Source: Ornithinimicrobium sp.
GTDB lineage: Bacteria; Actinomycetota; Actinomycetes; Actinomycetales; Dermatophilaceae
Length of the DNA stretch: 64,000 bases
NCBI RefSeq assembly: GCF_035267225.1
Contig: NZ_DATFMA010000052.1
Span: 18,797 to 82,796, forward strand
Direction: 5' to 3'
A model generated the notes under the pieces. That model saw only the letters and a program-made list of their open reading frames with translations. It was not told the DNA's origin and made no database searches. Of the stretch, positions 9,228 to 18,210 are shown piece by piece (position 1 is the first letter of the stretch; every line of letters begins with the position of its first letter). The translations under genes were made by a program, and so were the position numbers.

Positions 9228-9914
9228 TCAACGCGACAGCGCGGCCACGTCCTCGGCCGACACGTCCAGCCGACCCTCCTCGATGGCGGCCACGACCGCG
9301 TGAGCCACCCGGCCCGGCTCCAGCCCCTGACCCAGCTTCGGGGCCGATCCCGCCAAGGGCCGGTTGGCCAGACCGGTCTCGGTGTGCGGCGGTCGGATGT
9401 CGTAGACGCTGACCTTCGAGCGACGCAGCTCCCGGACCAGCGCCCGGTTGGCCGCGGTGAGCGCGGCCTTGGTCGCCGAGTACGCCGCCATGCCCGGGAG
9501 AGGCTGCTCCGCCACCACGGCCGAGAGCTGGGCGACGAAACCCGAGGACTCGCTCAGCAGCGGAACGGTCCGGCGCAGAAGCCACAGCGGACCGAGGACG
9601 TTGGTCAGGAACAGCTCCTCGATCACCGCGTCGTCGGTGTCCATCAACGACCCGAAAGCCACCACACCGGCCGCGTTGATCACACCGTCGAGTCGCCCGT
9701 GGGCCTCTTCGGCAACGCGAGCCAGATCCTCACCGGTGGAGGCATCGCCGAGATCCCCCACCACGATGCTTCGCTCTGCGATCTCGACCGCCTCAAGACG
9801 GCTCCGGTCACGACCGACGAGGATGACGGACCCGCCCCGAGCAGCCACTTCCGTGGCGATGAGTGATCCCAGGGCTCCGCTGGCGCCCACGACGGCGACC
9901 ACGGAATGACTCAT
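9228..9914 (-). CDS. SDR family oxidoreductase
   Basis: VVGASGALG, NAAG, YSATK catalytic motif. Confidence 0.9.
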   Translation of the reverse strand: MSHSVVAVVGASGALGSLIATEVAARGGSVILVGRDRSRLEAVEIAERSIVVGDLGDASTGEDLARVAEEAHGRLDGVINAAGVVAFGSLMDTDDAVIEELFLTNVLGPLWLLRRTVPLLSESSGFVAQLSAVVAEQPLPGMAAYSATKAALTAANRALVRELRRSKVSVYDIRPPHTETGLANRPLAGSAPKLGQGLEPGRVAHAVVAAIEEGRLDVSAEDVAALSR

Positions 9915-9981
9915 CGCATGACCAGGCATACCTCACTGTAGGTACCACAGCGGGACGGCGTGAACGGGGGTCCGGTGGCGC

Positions 9982-10812
9982 TCAGGTCGGGCTCGAAGCA
10001 ACCTGGTGCACGATCTCCCTAGCCACTGCCCGGGGGTGGGTCTCGGGGAGCCAGTGCCCCCCGGCGAGCTCGATGTAGCGGTAGTCGGCGTCGACATGGC
10101 GGGCGGTTCGCCCCGCGGCCGCCCGCTGCAAGGCGAAGTCGAGGTTGCCCCACAGATAGGTCGTCGGCACCGCCGAGCTCGGCGTGTGGCTCCGGTCGAC
10201 CGGAGCGGCCCGGTACCAGTTCAGCGGACCGGTGAGGTCTTGCGGAGCGGAGAACTTGCGAAGGTAGGTCGCTGCCGCCTCCGGTGGTAGCCCGCTTCGG
10301 TCGAAGAGTCGTGAGAGCCGCCTGACCAGCACGCGTTCCGGCAGTCCGGGCACCTGGAAGAACGCCATGTACGAGCTGGCCCATGCCTGCCGGCTGTGGG
10401 TCATCGACCACGCGAGCGCCCGGGGATGAGGGGTCGAGACGATGGTCACGCTGTGAACCCGCGCGCTGGTTCCGGCGAGGTGCCACGCGACCGCGCCGCC
10501 CCAGTCGTGACCCACCAGGTGGGCCGACGGCAGTCGCGCCTCGTCGAGCAGGGCGAGCACGTCCCCGGCCAGTGTCGGCAGCCGGTAGGCACGGCGGTCG
10601 CGCGGCGAGTTTCCTCTGGCGTATCCGCGCTGGTCCGGAGCCAGCGTGCGCAGGCCACGGCGATGCAGCTCTGGCACGACGGCGCTCCAGCTGCTGTGGT
10701 CCTGGGGAAAGCCGTGCAGCAGCACCACGGCCGGGCCCTGCACCGGCCCGTGGTCCTGCACGGGGAACGTCAGTCCGTCGCGATGAAAGCGGCGAACCCG
10801 GGTCGAGGTCAC
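9982..10812 (-). CDS. Alpha/beta hydrolase (epoxide hydrolase-like)
   Basis: LLHGFPQ, APDQRGY, GHDWGG (Asp nucleophile), LNWYRA, GGHWLPE. Confidence 0.9.
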   Translation of the reverse strand: MTSTRVRRFHRDGLTFPVQDHGPVQGPAVVLLHGFPQDHSSWSAVVPELHRRGLRTLAPDQRGYARGNSPRDRRAYRLPTLAGDVLALLDEARLPSAHLVGHDWGGAVAWHLAGTSARVHSVTIVSTPHPRALAWSMTHSRQAWASSYMAFFQVPGLPERVLVRRLSRLFDRSGLPPEAAATYLRKFSAPQDLTGPLNWYRAAPVDRSHTPSSAVPTTYLWGNLDFALQRAAAGRTARHVDADYRYIELAGGHWLPETHPRAVAREIVHQVASSPT

Positions 10813-10850
10813 GCTGCCCCGCTGCTCGCGGTCTCCATCGTGTGCGCGCC

Positions 10851-11129
10851 TCAGTGAGGGTGGGTCTCGACGCTGGTGCCGATGCTGTTCGAGACGTCAT
10901 GGTGTGGTGACCCGCGGCTCGCTCGGTTCTCGGGGGACGTTCCAGGCGCCCGGATGACGTCCTGCGCGCGGTCGACGATCGAGGCTGCCCGCTTCAGCCG
11001 CCACGAGATACTTTCGACGGCGAACATGGTGGTGCCGCACAGGAAGAGAATCGCGATCGCTTTCTCGCCTTCGAGGAGACTGACGACGCACGCGAGAAGG
11101 GTGAGTGCTATCCCGTATCTATTGCGCAT
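10851..11129 (-). CDS. Small hypothetical membrane protein
   Basis: ATG 11129: MRNRYGIALTLLACVVSLLEGEKAIAILFLCGTTMFAV..., two hydrophobic segments; lower GC than its neighbours. Confidence 0.4.
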   Translation of the reverse strand: MRNRYGIALTLLACVVSLLEGEKAIAILFLCGTTMFAVESISWRLKRAASIVDRAQDVIRAPGTSPENRASRGSPHHDVSNSIGTSVETHPH

Positions 11130-11237
11130 GGTGGACCTCACTGCCACCCGGCCCGAGGAGCCTGCCATCGATGATGCACGAGGGTCCTCCTTGGGTATGT
11201 CAGCACTCTAAAGCCAGGTCAGACCAGGGCCAAAAGT

Positions 11238-11253
11238 AGTTGCGAATGCAACT
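11238..11253. promoter_or_regulatory. Palindrome AGTTGC-GAAT-GCAACT in an AT-rich tract, operator-like
   Basis: Perfect 6-bp arms; about 110 bp upstream of the small ORF ending at 11129. Confidence 0.4.
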
Positions 11254-11436
11254 TTCTTCTATTGAACTACTACTCAGTCAAGTATTTCTCCGGCCGTGGT
11301 CATAGATCGGCCAAGGGCGCCCCATTTTTTTCCAGATTCTTCTCCCCAACAGCTCAAGAGTCGCGAACCGCGCCGCGCGGTAGTGCTTTTCGGCGGTCCC
11401 CCGCGGTGGCTCCTGGTCACTCGGGGCTTTCCTGTC

Positions 11437-12162
11437 TCAGGGCTGACAGGAGCAGGGCTCGGACGGGCGGGCCCGACGCCGCGCAGAACGGCGCTGACCG
11501 AGCTCGACGGTGAACCAGGGCAGCATCAGCTGGGTCAACGGCCCGATCGCCACCGCGTAGAGCACCGTCGCGAGTCCGACCGGACCCCCCAGGGCGTACC
11601 CGATGGCCACCACGACCACCTCGATCGAGGTGCGGACGAGCCGGATGGAGCGGCCGCTGACTCGGGCCAGACCCGTCATCAACCCGTCTCGAGGACCGGG
11701 ACCGAGCTGAGAGCCCACGTACATCGCAGTGGCCAGGGCGTTCAGAGTCACGCCGAGCACCATGAGCAGGACCCGAACGCCGATCTGCTCCGTGGGCGGG
11801 AACAGCGCGAGCGTGAGGTCCGCCGCCAGTCCGACCAGGACCGCGTTGGCGATGGTGCCCAAGCCCGGCTTCTGACGCAGGGGGACCCACAGCAGCAGAA
11901 GGGCCAGCGAAACAAGGATGAGCATTGTCCCGAAGCTGGTGGGGACGTGGCGGATGAGGCCGACGTGAAGCACGTCCCAGGGCACGACCCCTAAGCCGCC
12001 GCGGAGCACCATCGCCAGCGAGACACCGTAGATGAACAGACCTACCGCGAGCTGGACCAGCCGGCGGGGCAGTCGCCCGGCTCGCAGCTGTTCCACGGGG
12101 CCCAGGTTGGCGAGCTGGCGACGCTGCCGGGCAGGGTCGCCAGGCGGAGTTCGCGTCATCAC
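11437..12162 (-). CDS. yczE: YczE/YyaS/YitT family membrane protein
   Basis: GLGVVPWDVLHVGL, QKPGLGTIANAVLVG, SQLGPGPRDGLMTG, GGPVGLATV. Confidence 0.85.
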   Translation of the reverse strand: MMTRTPPGDPARQRRQLANLGPVEQLRAGRLPRRLVQLAVGLFIYGVSLAMVLRGGLGVVPWDVLHVGLIRHVPTSFGTMLILVSLALLLLWVPLRQKPGLGTIANAVLVGLAADLTLALFPPTEQIGVRVLLMVLGVTLNALATAMYVGSQLGPGPRDGLMTGLARVSGRSIRLVRTSIEVVVVAIGYALGGPVGLATVLYAVAIGPLTQLMLPWFTVELGQRRSARRRARPSEPCSCQP

Positions 12163-12179
12163 GACAAGCCTGACCAGAA

Positions 12180-12220
12180 GTGGACTGTTCGCACAGTTCC
12201 AACTGTGCCAGCGTGGACTG
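12180..12220. promoter_or_regulatory. Operator-like array upstream of yczE
   Basis: Direct repeats GTGGACTG at 12180 and 12213 flank the palindrome GCACAGTT-CC-AACTGTGC (12191-12208). Confidence 0.55.
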
Positions 12221-12293
12221 GGTGCAACGAATCGGTGAGCGAAGCCCGGCGACGCCGATCATCGCCTGAGCTCGTCGCGGTCACGGTGGCCCG

Positions 12294-12638
12294 CTAGGCG
12301 AGGATCACGAGCACCAGCCCGCAGGCGCCCAGGGCCCAGCACACGCCGACCAGAGCCAGCGACGGCCCGGCCTCGATCGGCTCCTCACGACCCTTGATCG
12401 CCTCGACGTCGTCCCGGATGCGGCGCTGCTGGGTCACGCTGATGACCACAGCGGCAAGGAGGGTCACAGCGGGCACGATGAGCACCGCCGCGCCGTAGAA
12501 CGACAGCCAGCGCAACATGAAGGCGCTCACGATGCAGCACGCCAGGGCCGTGCGCGCCCACGCCATCGCCGTGCGCTCCGGTTGCAGACCGGCGTCGAGG
12601 TGGGAGGCGGTATGCGGATGCTGGCCCGACAACGGCAC
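12294..12638 (-). CDS. DUF202 domain membrane protein (YidG-like)
   Basis: DAGLQPERTAMAWART signature. Confidence 0.85.
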   Translation of the reverse strand: MPLSGQHPHTASHLDAGLQPERTAMAWARTALACCIVSAFMLRWLSFYGAAVLIVPAVTLLAAVVISVTQQRRIRDDVEAIKGREEPIEAGPSLALVGVCWALGACGLVLVILA

Positions 12639-12641
12639 GAC

Positions 12642-13052
12642 TCAGCCCATGGCGATCACGACGATGACGACGAGTGCCCCTGCGGCGGCGCCGACCCCGA
12701 GCACGGGGGCGATGAGCGGCAGCGGCAGGGGGGCCTGATGTCGCATGGCTCGCTCCACGCCGATCCATCTCACGAAGGCGCCGCCGCTGATCAGCATGCC
12801 CAGGATCAGCAGCAGGATGGCCACGCCCTTGCGGTACGGGTCGTCCAGCACCGCGAAGGCCTCGACCGCGATCCCCCCCGCGAGCAAGGCCAGGGAGGTG
12901 CGTATCCAGGACAGGAAGGTGCGCTCGTTGGCCAGGCTGAAGCGAGGATCGGGCATGGAGCCGTCCGGGAAGAGGCGCCGCGCGAGCCACCCCCGCCGAT
13001 CCGGTGAGGCTGGCTCCGGCTCGGCGGGGGCGTCGCTGTCCCGAGCCGTCAT
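12642..13052 (-). CDS. yidH: YidH family (DUF202) membrane protein
   Basis: PDPRFSLANERTFLSWIRT signature. Confidence 0.9.
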   Translation of the reverse strand: MTARDSDAPAEPEPASPDRRGWLARRLFPDGSMPDPRFSLANERTFLSWIRTSLALLAGGIAVEAFAVLDDPYRKGVAILLLILGMLISGGAFVRWIGVERAMRHQAPLPLPLIAPVLGVGAAAGALVVIVVIAMG

Positions 13053-13097
13053 GGTTCCACGCTACGGCGTGCGGGCTGCTCCTCGGCGCAGCGAGCC

Positions 13098-14108
13098 TCA
13101 GGCGAGGCGGCTGCGGGGAGTGGTGCGAGCGGTCAACGCGGCGTCCCTCTCGACCACCTTGCCCAGCGCCTTGTCGATCGCCTTCATGGTCGACTTGTCC
13201 AAGCGCACGCCGGCGGCCTTGACGTTCTCGCCGACCTGCTCCGGTCGGGAGGCGCCCACCAGGGCCGTGGCGACGTTCTCGTTCTGCAGCACCCAGGCGA
13301 TGGCCAGCTGGGCCATCGACAGGCCGGTCTCCTCGGCCACCGGGCGGAGCTTCTGCACCCGCTTGAGCACGTCGTCGTTCATGAAGCGCTTGATCATGTC
13401 GGCGCCGCCGTTCTCGTCGGCGGCGCGGGATCCGGCCGGAGGCTGCGCCCCGGGCTCGTACTTGCCCGAGAGCACGCCCTGGGCCATGGGGCTCCACACG
13501 ATCTGGGAGACACCGAGCTCTTGCGCCGTCGGCACCACCTCGTCCTCGATCACCCGCCACAGCATCGAGTACTGCGGCTGGTTCGATACGAGCTGGAAGC
13601 CGAGCTCGCGTGACATCTCCACCCCGGCCCGCAGCTGGTCCGCCGTCCACTCGCTGACCCCGATGTAGAGCGCCTTGCCCTGGCGCACCACGTCGGCGAA
13701 CGCCAGCATGGTCTCCTCCAACGGGGTCGCGGTGTCGTAGCGGTGGGCCTGGTACAGGTCCACGTAGTCCGTCTGCAGCCGCTGGAGCGAGGCGTTGACG
13801 GACTCCATGATGTGCTTGCGAGACAGGCCGGTGTCGTTCTTGCCGCCCGGGCCGGTGGGGAAGTAGACCTTGGTGAAGATCTCCAGGCTCTCCCGGCGCT
13901 GGCCTCGCAGCGCCTCTCCCAGGACCGACTCCGCCACCGTGTTGGCGTAGACGTCCGCCGTGTCGAAGGTCGAGATTCCGGCGTCGAGAGCCGCGTGGAC
14001 GCACTGGGTGGCCACGTCGTTCTCGACCTGGGAGCCGTGGGTGAGCCAGTTGCCGTAGGTGATCTCGGAGATCTTCAGACCGCTGTTGCCGAGGTATCGA
14101 TATTCCAT
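13098..14108 (-). CDS. Aldo/keto reductase (KvBeta-like)
   Basis: YRYLGNSGLKISEITYG, FDTADVY, LQTDYVDLYQAHRYD, IGVSEW, WSPMAQG. Confidence 0.95.
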   Translation of the reverse strand: MEYRYLGNSGLKISEITYGNWLTHGSQVENDVATQCVHAALDAGISTFDTADVYANTVAESVLGEALRGQRRESLEIFTKVYFPTGPGGKNDTGLSRKHIMESVNASLQRLQTDYVDLYQAHRYDTATPLEETMLAFADVVRQGKALYIGVSEWTADQLRAGVEMSRELGFQLVSNQPQYSMLWRVIEDEVVPTAQELGVSQIVWSPMAQGVLSGKYEPGAQPPAGSRAADENGGADMIKRFMNDDVLKRVQKLRPVAEETGLSMAQLAIAWVLQNENVATALVGASRPEQVGENVKAAGVRLDKSTMKAIDKALGKVVERDAALTARTTPRSRLA

Positions 14109-14177
14109 ACGCGCACGCTACGGCCAGGAGCACGGCCGGTCGCAGCAGGGGGTCTGGGGCCGTGTGACGATGGGGCG

Positions 14178-15317
14178 ATGAGGTCGTTGCCGCCCCTGGT
14201 CACCCAGGGCCCGGAGCTGAGCCCGGCCCAGCTCGAGCGATACTCGCGCCACCTGCTGCTGCCGGGCCTGGGGATGTCGGGGCAGCGGCGGCTGCTGAAC
14301 GCCCGGGTGTGTGTGGTCGGGGCCGGCGGCCTGGGCTCACCCGCCCTGTTGTACCTGGCCGCGGCCGGCGTCGGGCATCTGACGGTGATCGACCACGACG
14401 TGGTGGAGGTCTCCAACCTGCAGCGCCAGGTGCTGCACCGCGCCGAGAGCGTGGGCACGAGCAAGGCGGAGAGCGCGCGGGCCGCGCTGCTGGGGCTGAA
14501 CCCCGGAATCGAGGTCATCTCCCGGCACGCGCAGGTGCGCGCGGACACGGTCCACGACCTCCTGGGGGGACACGACGTGGTCGTCGACGGCACTGACAAC
14601 TTCGCCACGCGCTACCTGGTCAACGACGCGTGCGTGCAGATGGGTCTGCCGCTGGTGTGGGGAGCGGTGCTGCGCTACGACGCCCAGGTGAGCACGTTCC
14701 TGCCGCCTGCCTTGGTCCCGCCGGCGGAGGCGGTCCAGCTGCGCGACCTCTTCCCGGCGATGCCGTCACCGGAGGCGGTCCCGTCGTGCGCGGAGGCCGG
14801 AGTGCTCGGCGCCCTGTGTGGCCAGGTGGGTTCGATGATGGCCAGCGAGGTGGTCAAGCTGGTCACCGGGGTGGGCGAGCCGGTGACCGGGCGGGTGCTG
14901 GTGATCGACGTTGCCAGCATGCGCACCCGCGAGATACCGCTGCGCCCGGCGTCAGACCGGGAAGCAACGACACCGCACTCGCCGACGCCCTCGGCTCCCT
15001 CCGCCCTGGCGAGCGCATCGCCCACGGAGGTCTCGGGCGAGCTGGCGTCGCTGACCGTGCTCGATGTGCGCGAGCCGGTCGAGCACCAGCTGGGCACGAT
15101 TCCGGGGGCACTGCTCGTGCCGCTGGGAGAGCTGCTGAGCTGGCGATCGGTGGGCGAGCTGCAGCGCCGTCGCGTGGTGGTCACCTGCAAGACGGGGCCA
15201 CGCGCCGAGCGTGCGGCACGGCACCTGCTCGAGCTGGGCCACGGCGACGTCCGCGTGCTCTCCGGGGGCATGCGTCGGTGGGTGGAAGAGGTCGACCCTT
15301 CGCTGCCGCGCTACTGA
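14178..15317 (+). CDS. moeB: Molybdopterin-synthase adenylyltransferase MoeB with C-terminal rhodanese domain (MoeZ-like)
   Basis: ERYSRHLLLP, VVGAGGLGSP, SNLQRQ, DGTDNFATRYLVND, PSCAEAGVLG; rhodanese LDVREP...CKTGPRA. Confidence 0.9.
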   Translation: MRSLPPLVTQGPELSPAQLERYSRHLLLPGLGMSGQRRLLNARVCVVGAGGLGSPALLYLAAAGVGHLTVIDHDVVEVSNLQRQVLHRAESVGTSKAESARAALLGLNPGIEVISRHAQVRADTVHDLLGGHDVVVDGTDNFATRYLVNDACVQMGLPLVWGAVLRYDAQVSTFLPPALVPPAEAVQLRDLFPAMPSPEAVPSCAEAGVLGALCGQVGSMMASEVVKLVTGVGEPVTGRVLVIDVASMRTREIPLRPASDREATTPHSPTPSAPSALASASPTEVSGELASLTVLDVREPVEHQLGTIPGALLVPLGELLSWRSVGELQRRRVVVTCKTGPRAERAARHLLELGHGDVRVLSGGMRRWVEEVDPSLPRY

Positions 15318-15378
15318 CGGACATGCGTGCTGCGATCGAGGGAGCAGTGAGACCATCGTCAGTCAGGAGGAACTACTG

Positions 15379-15618
15379 ATGCCGACACTGCGCTATTTCG
15401 CCGCCGCTGCCGAGGCGGCGGGCACCGATCACGAGGAGGTCGACGGCGTTGACGTGCAGGCCGTGCTGACCAGTGTCCGGCGGGCGCATGGACCGCGGCT
15501 GGCGCACGTCCTGGAGCACAGCTCGCTGTTGCTGGACGGCCAGTACGTCCGCGATCCCAGCACCGAGCTCAGCGAGAGCTCGGTGCTGGATGTGCTGCCG
15601 CCCTTCGCCGGGGGGTAG
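15379..15618 (+). CDS. moaD: MoaD/ThiS sulfur carrier
   Basis: LRYFAAAAEAAG...DVLPPFAGG C-terminal diglycine; AGGAGG SD. Confidence 0.9.
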   Translation: MPTLRYFAAAAEAAGTDHEEVDGVDVQAVLTSVRRAHGPRLAHVLEHSSLLLDGQYVRDPSTELSESSVLDVLPPFAGG

Positions 15619-15643
15619 GCGGCAAGGGCGGCAGCACTCGGCC

Positions 15644-16075
15644 TCAGGCCCGCGAGCCTTCGATGGCGTTCTGCTCCTCGCCGCGCTGGATCTCGATACG
15701 CCGGGGCTTGGCCTCTTCGGCGACGGGAATCGTCAGAGTCAGCACCCCATCCGCGTAGGTGGCGGTGATGTCCTCCAGCGAGACGCCACGTCCGACGGTC
15801 AGCTGCCGGGCGTAGGTGCCGGCCGGCCGCTCCTTGGCCAGCCACTGCACGTCCTTGTCGCTGTGGGTGGAGCGTTCTGCCCGGATGGTGAGCGTGCGGT
15901 CCTCCACGTTGACGTCGATCGAGCCCGGGTCGGCTCCGGGCAGGTCGATGAGCAGTACGTAGTGGTCGCCGGATCGGTAGAGGTCCATCGGCATCGTCGC
16001 CGCCGCCCGGGCCGTGCCGAACGCCTGGTTCATCAACCGGTCCATCTCACCGAAAGGGTCGAATCGCGTAGCCAT
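15644..16075 (-). CDS. hsp20: Hsp20/alpha-crystallin small heat-shock protein
   Basis: MATRFDPFGEMDRL, MPMDLYR, DLPG, ATYADGVLTLTIP; GAGGTGAGG SD. Confidence 0.95.
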   Translation of the reverse strand: MATRFDPFGEMDRLMNQAFGTARAAATMPMDLYRSGDHYVLLIDLPGADPGSIDVNVEDRTLTIRAERSTHSDKDVQWLAKERPAGTYARQLTVGRGVSLEDITATYADGVLTLTIPVAEEAKPRRIEIQRGEEQNAIEGSRA

Positions 16076-16168
16076 TCCCCTCACCTCCTCGATGACGAGG
16101 CCCAGACCTCCTGCGCCTCGGGACACGTCGAGGGCACCCAGCCCTCCACGGTGGCTATGGGCACCACG

Positions 16169-16195
16169 TTAGCACTCGGCAGCAGAGAGTGCCAG
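16169..16195. promoter_or_regulatory. CIRCE element (HrcA operator)
   Basis: TTAGCACTC-GGCAGCAGA-GAGTGCCAG versus consensus TTAGCACTC-N9-GAGTGCTAA, upstream of hsp20. Confidence 0.9.
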
Positions 16196-16200
16196 TCAAA

Positions 16201-16221
16201 GTTGAGTCTATCGGGCTCAAC
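16201..16221. promoter_or_regulatory. HAIR element (HspR operator)
   Basis: GTTGAGT-CTATCGG-GCTCAAC versus consensus CTTGAGT-N7-ACTCAAG. Confidence 0.8.
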
Positions 16222-16238
16222 CCGCGGGAGGCTTCGCG

Positions 16239-17258
16239 TCACCCGCCGATGGCGCTCATCGGCCGCGGCGGCTGCAAGAAGCCCGGCTCGTTGATCCCGT
16301 GGCCGGGCAGCTTGGCGCCGATGCTCGCCCGGAACACCTCGGCCAGCTCGTCGTCGCCGGCGCCTGCGCGCAGGGGCGTGCGAAGGTCCGACTCCCCGGT
16401 GGCGAAGAGGCAGTTGCGCAGCTGGCCGTCGGCGGTCAGGCGAACGCGGTCGCATGCCCCGCAGAAGGGTGCGGTCACCGAGGCGATCACCCCGACGGTG
16501 GCAGGGCCGCCGTCCACGTGGAACAGCTCCGCCGGGGCGCTTCCCCGGCCCGTCACGGGCGTGAGCTCGTAGACCTCTCCCAGCCGCGCGTGGATCTCCT
16601 CGCCGGTCACCATGGAGTCGCGATGCCAGGTGTGCCCGGCATCCAGCGGCATCTGCTCGATGAAGCGCAGCTGGTAGCCGTGCTCCAGCGCGAAGCCCAG
16701 CAGATCCACGGCCTCGTGGTCGTTCACCCCGCGCAGCAGCACGGTGTTCAGCTTGACCGGGGTCAGACCGGCGTCAGCGGCGGCTCGGATACCGGTCAGC
16801 GTGTCATCAAGACGGTCGCGCCGGGCCATGTGCCGGAAGGTCGCGGTCTGGAGAGTGTCGAGACTGATGTTCACCCGAGCCAGCCCGGCCTCGGCGAGAG
16901 CGTTCGCGGTCTTGTCCAGGCCCAGGGCGTTGGTCGTCATCGAGACCTCCACGGGGCCAGCCGGACCCTCCAGCGCGGCGATCCCCGCGACCACGTCCAC
17001 GATGTCGCGACGCAGGAGCGGCTCGCCGCCCGTCAGCCGCACCTCGGTGATTCCGAGGGACACGGCGACGGCGGTGAGCCGGAGCAGCTCGTCGGTGCTC
17101 AACATGGTGGTCTTGGCCAGCCACGGCACACCTTGCTCCGGCATGCAGTAGGTGCACCGCAGGGAGCAGCGGTCGGTCAGGGAGATCCGCAGGTCTCGAT
17201 GCACCCGGTCGAACCGGTCGGTCAACGGGGCGGCGGACGGCGGGACGGCGTCTGGCAT
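16239..17258 (-). CDS. moaA: GTP 3',8-cyclase MoaA
   Basis: LRISLTDRCSLRCTYCMP radical-SAM CxxxCxxC, PFCGACDRVRLTADG..RNCLF, C-terminal MSAIGG; start refined to ATG 17258 from a TACCAT -10 box. Confidence 0.95.
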   Translation of the reverse strand: MPDAVPPSAAPLTDRFDRVHRDLRISLTDRCSLRCTYCMPEQGVPWLAKTTMLSTDELLRLTAVAVSLGITEVRLTGGEPLLRRDIVDVVAGIAALEGPAGPVEVSMTTNALGLDKTANALAEAGLARVNISLDTLQTATFRHMARRDRLDDTLTGIRAAADAGLTPVKLNTVLLRGVNDHEAVDLLGFALEHGYQLRFIEQMPLDAGHTWHRDSMVTGEEIHARLGEVYELTPVTGRGSAPAELFHVDGGPATVGVIASVTAPFCGACDRVRLTADGQLRNCLFATGESDLRTPLRAGAGDDELAEVFRASIGAKLPGHGINEPGFLQPPRPMSAIGG

Positions 17259-17336
17259 TGGTTCCATGGTAGGTCGCGGCCGCAACCCCCGGCGTCCGGC
17301 TGGGGCGGGGTCAGCACGTTCGACGCCGGCGCCCCG

Positions 17337-18203
17337 TCATGAGCTCGCGACGAGGACCCGTTCCGGGTGGGTGTAGAGGTTGAGCGACTGGCCGCGGACG
17401 AAGCCGGCCAGCGTCACGCCCGCATGCTCGGCGGTGTCGAGGGCCAGCGAGCTGGGGGCCGAGACGGCGGAGAGCACCGGGACCCCGGCGAGGTAGGCCT
17501 TCTGCGTCAGCTCGAAGGACAGGCGCCCACTGACCTGCAGCACATGGCCCCGCAGCGGCAGCAGGTCCTTCTGGATCGCCCAGCCGATGACCTTGTCGAC
17601 CGCGTTGTGCCGGCCGACGTCCTCGCGGACCACCACCGGCTCGCCCTCGGCGGTGAACAGCCCCGCGGCGTGCAGACCCCCGGTGCGTTCGAAGGTGCTC
17701 TGCGCCTCACGAAGCCGGTCCGGCAGGGCGAGCAGGGTGCCGGCCTGGACACGGACGGAGTCGCCGGCCACGTCGTAGGACGCTCGCACGTCCAGGTCCT
17801 CGATGCTGGCCTTGCCGCACACTCCGCAGGCGCTGGAGGTGAAGAAGGAGCGAGTCCGCCCGTCGGCCACCGGATCGGCGACGTGGGGTGCGAGCTGCAC
17901 CTCGATGACGTTGTAGGTGTTGACCTCGACGCCGGTCCCGTCGTCCATCACCGCCCCCGCGCAGTAGCGGGCGGTCAGGACGTCGCGTGCCGCCGTGATG
18001 ATGCCCTCGGAGTGCAGGAACCCGTGCAGCCATTCGATGTCGTGCCCGGGGGTGCGCATGGTCACGGTCAGCGCGGTGCTGCCGATGCGCAGCTCCAGGG
18101 GTTCCTCCACCACGATGGTGTCCGGGCGGGAGCGCCCCTGCGGCTCGCCGGCGGAGTCGAGGGTGACGCGCTGGGTGCGCCGGCGCACGGTGACTCGTCC
18201 CAC
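17337..18203 (-). CDS. fdhD: Formate dehydrogenase accessory sulfurtransferase FdhD
   Basis: VVEEPLE, TMRTPGHD, SSACGVCGK, FERTGGLHAA, REDVGRHNAVDK, VSAPSSLA. Confidence 0.95.
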   Translation of the reverse strand: MGRVTVRRRTQRVTLDSAGEPQGRSRPDTIVVEEPLELRIGSTALTVTMRTPGHDIEWLHGFLHSEGIITAARDVLTARYCAGAVMDDGTGVEVNTYNVIEVQLAPHVADPVADGRTRSFFTSSACGVCGKASIEDLDVRASYDVAGDSVRVQAGTLLALPDRLREAQSTFERTGGLHAAGLFTAEGEPVVVREDVGRHNAVDKVIGWAIQKDLLPLRGHVLQVSGRLSFELTQKAYLAGVPVLSAVSAPSSLALDTAEHAGVTLAGFVRGQSLNLYTHPERVLVASS

Positions 18204-18210
18204 GGGACGC

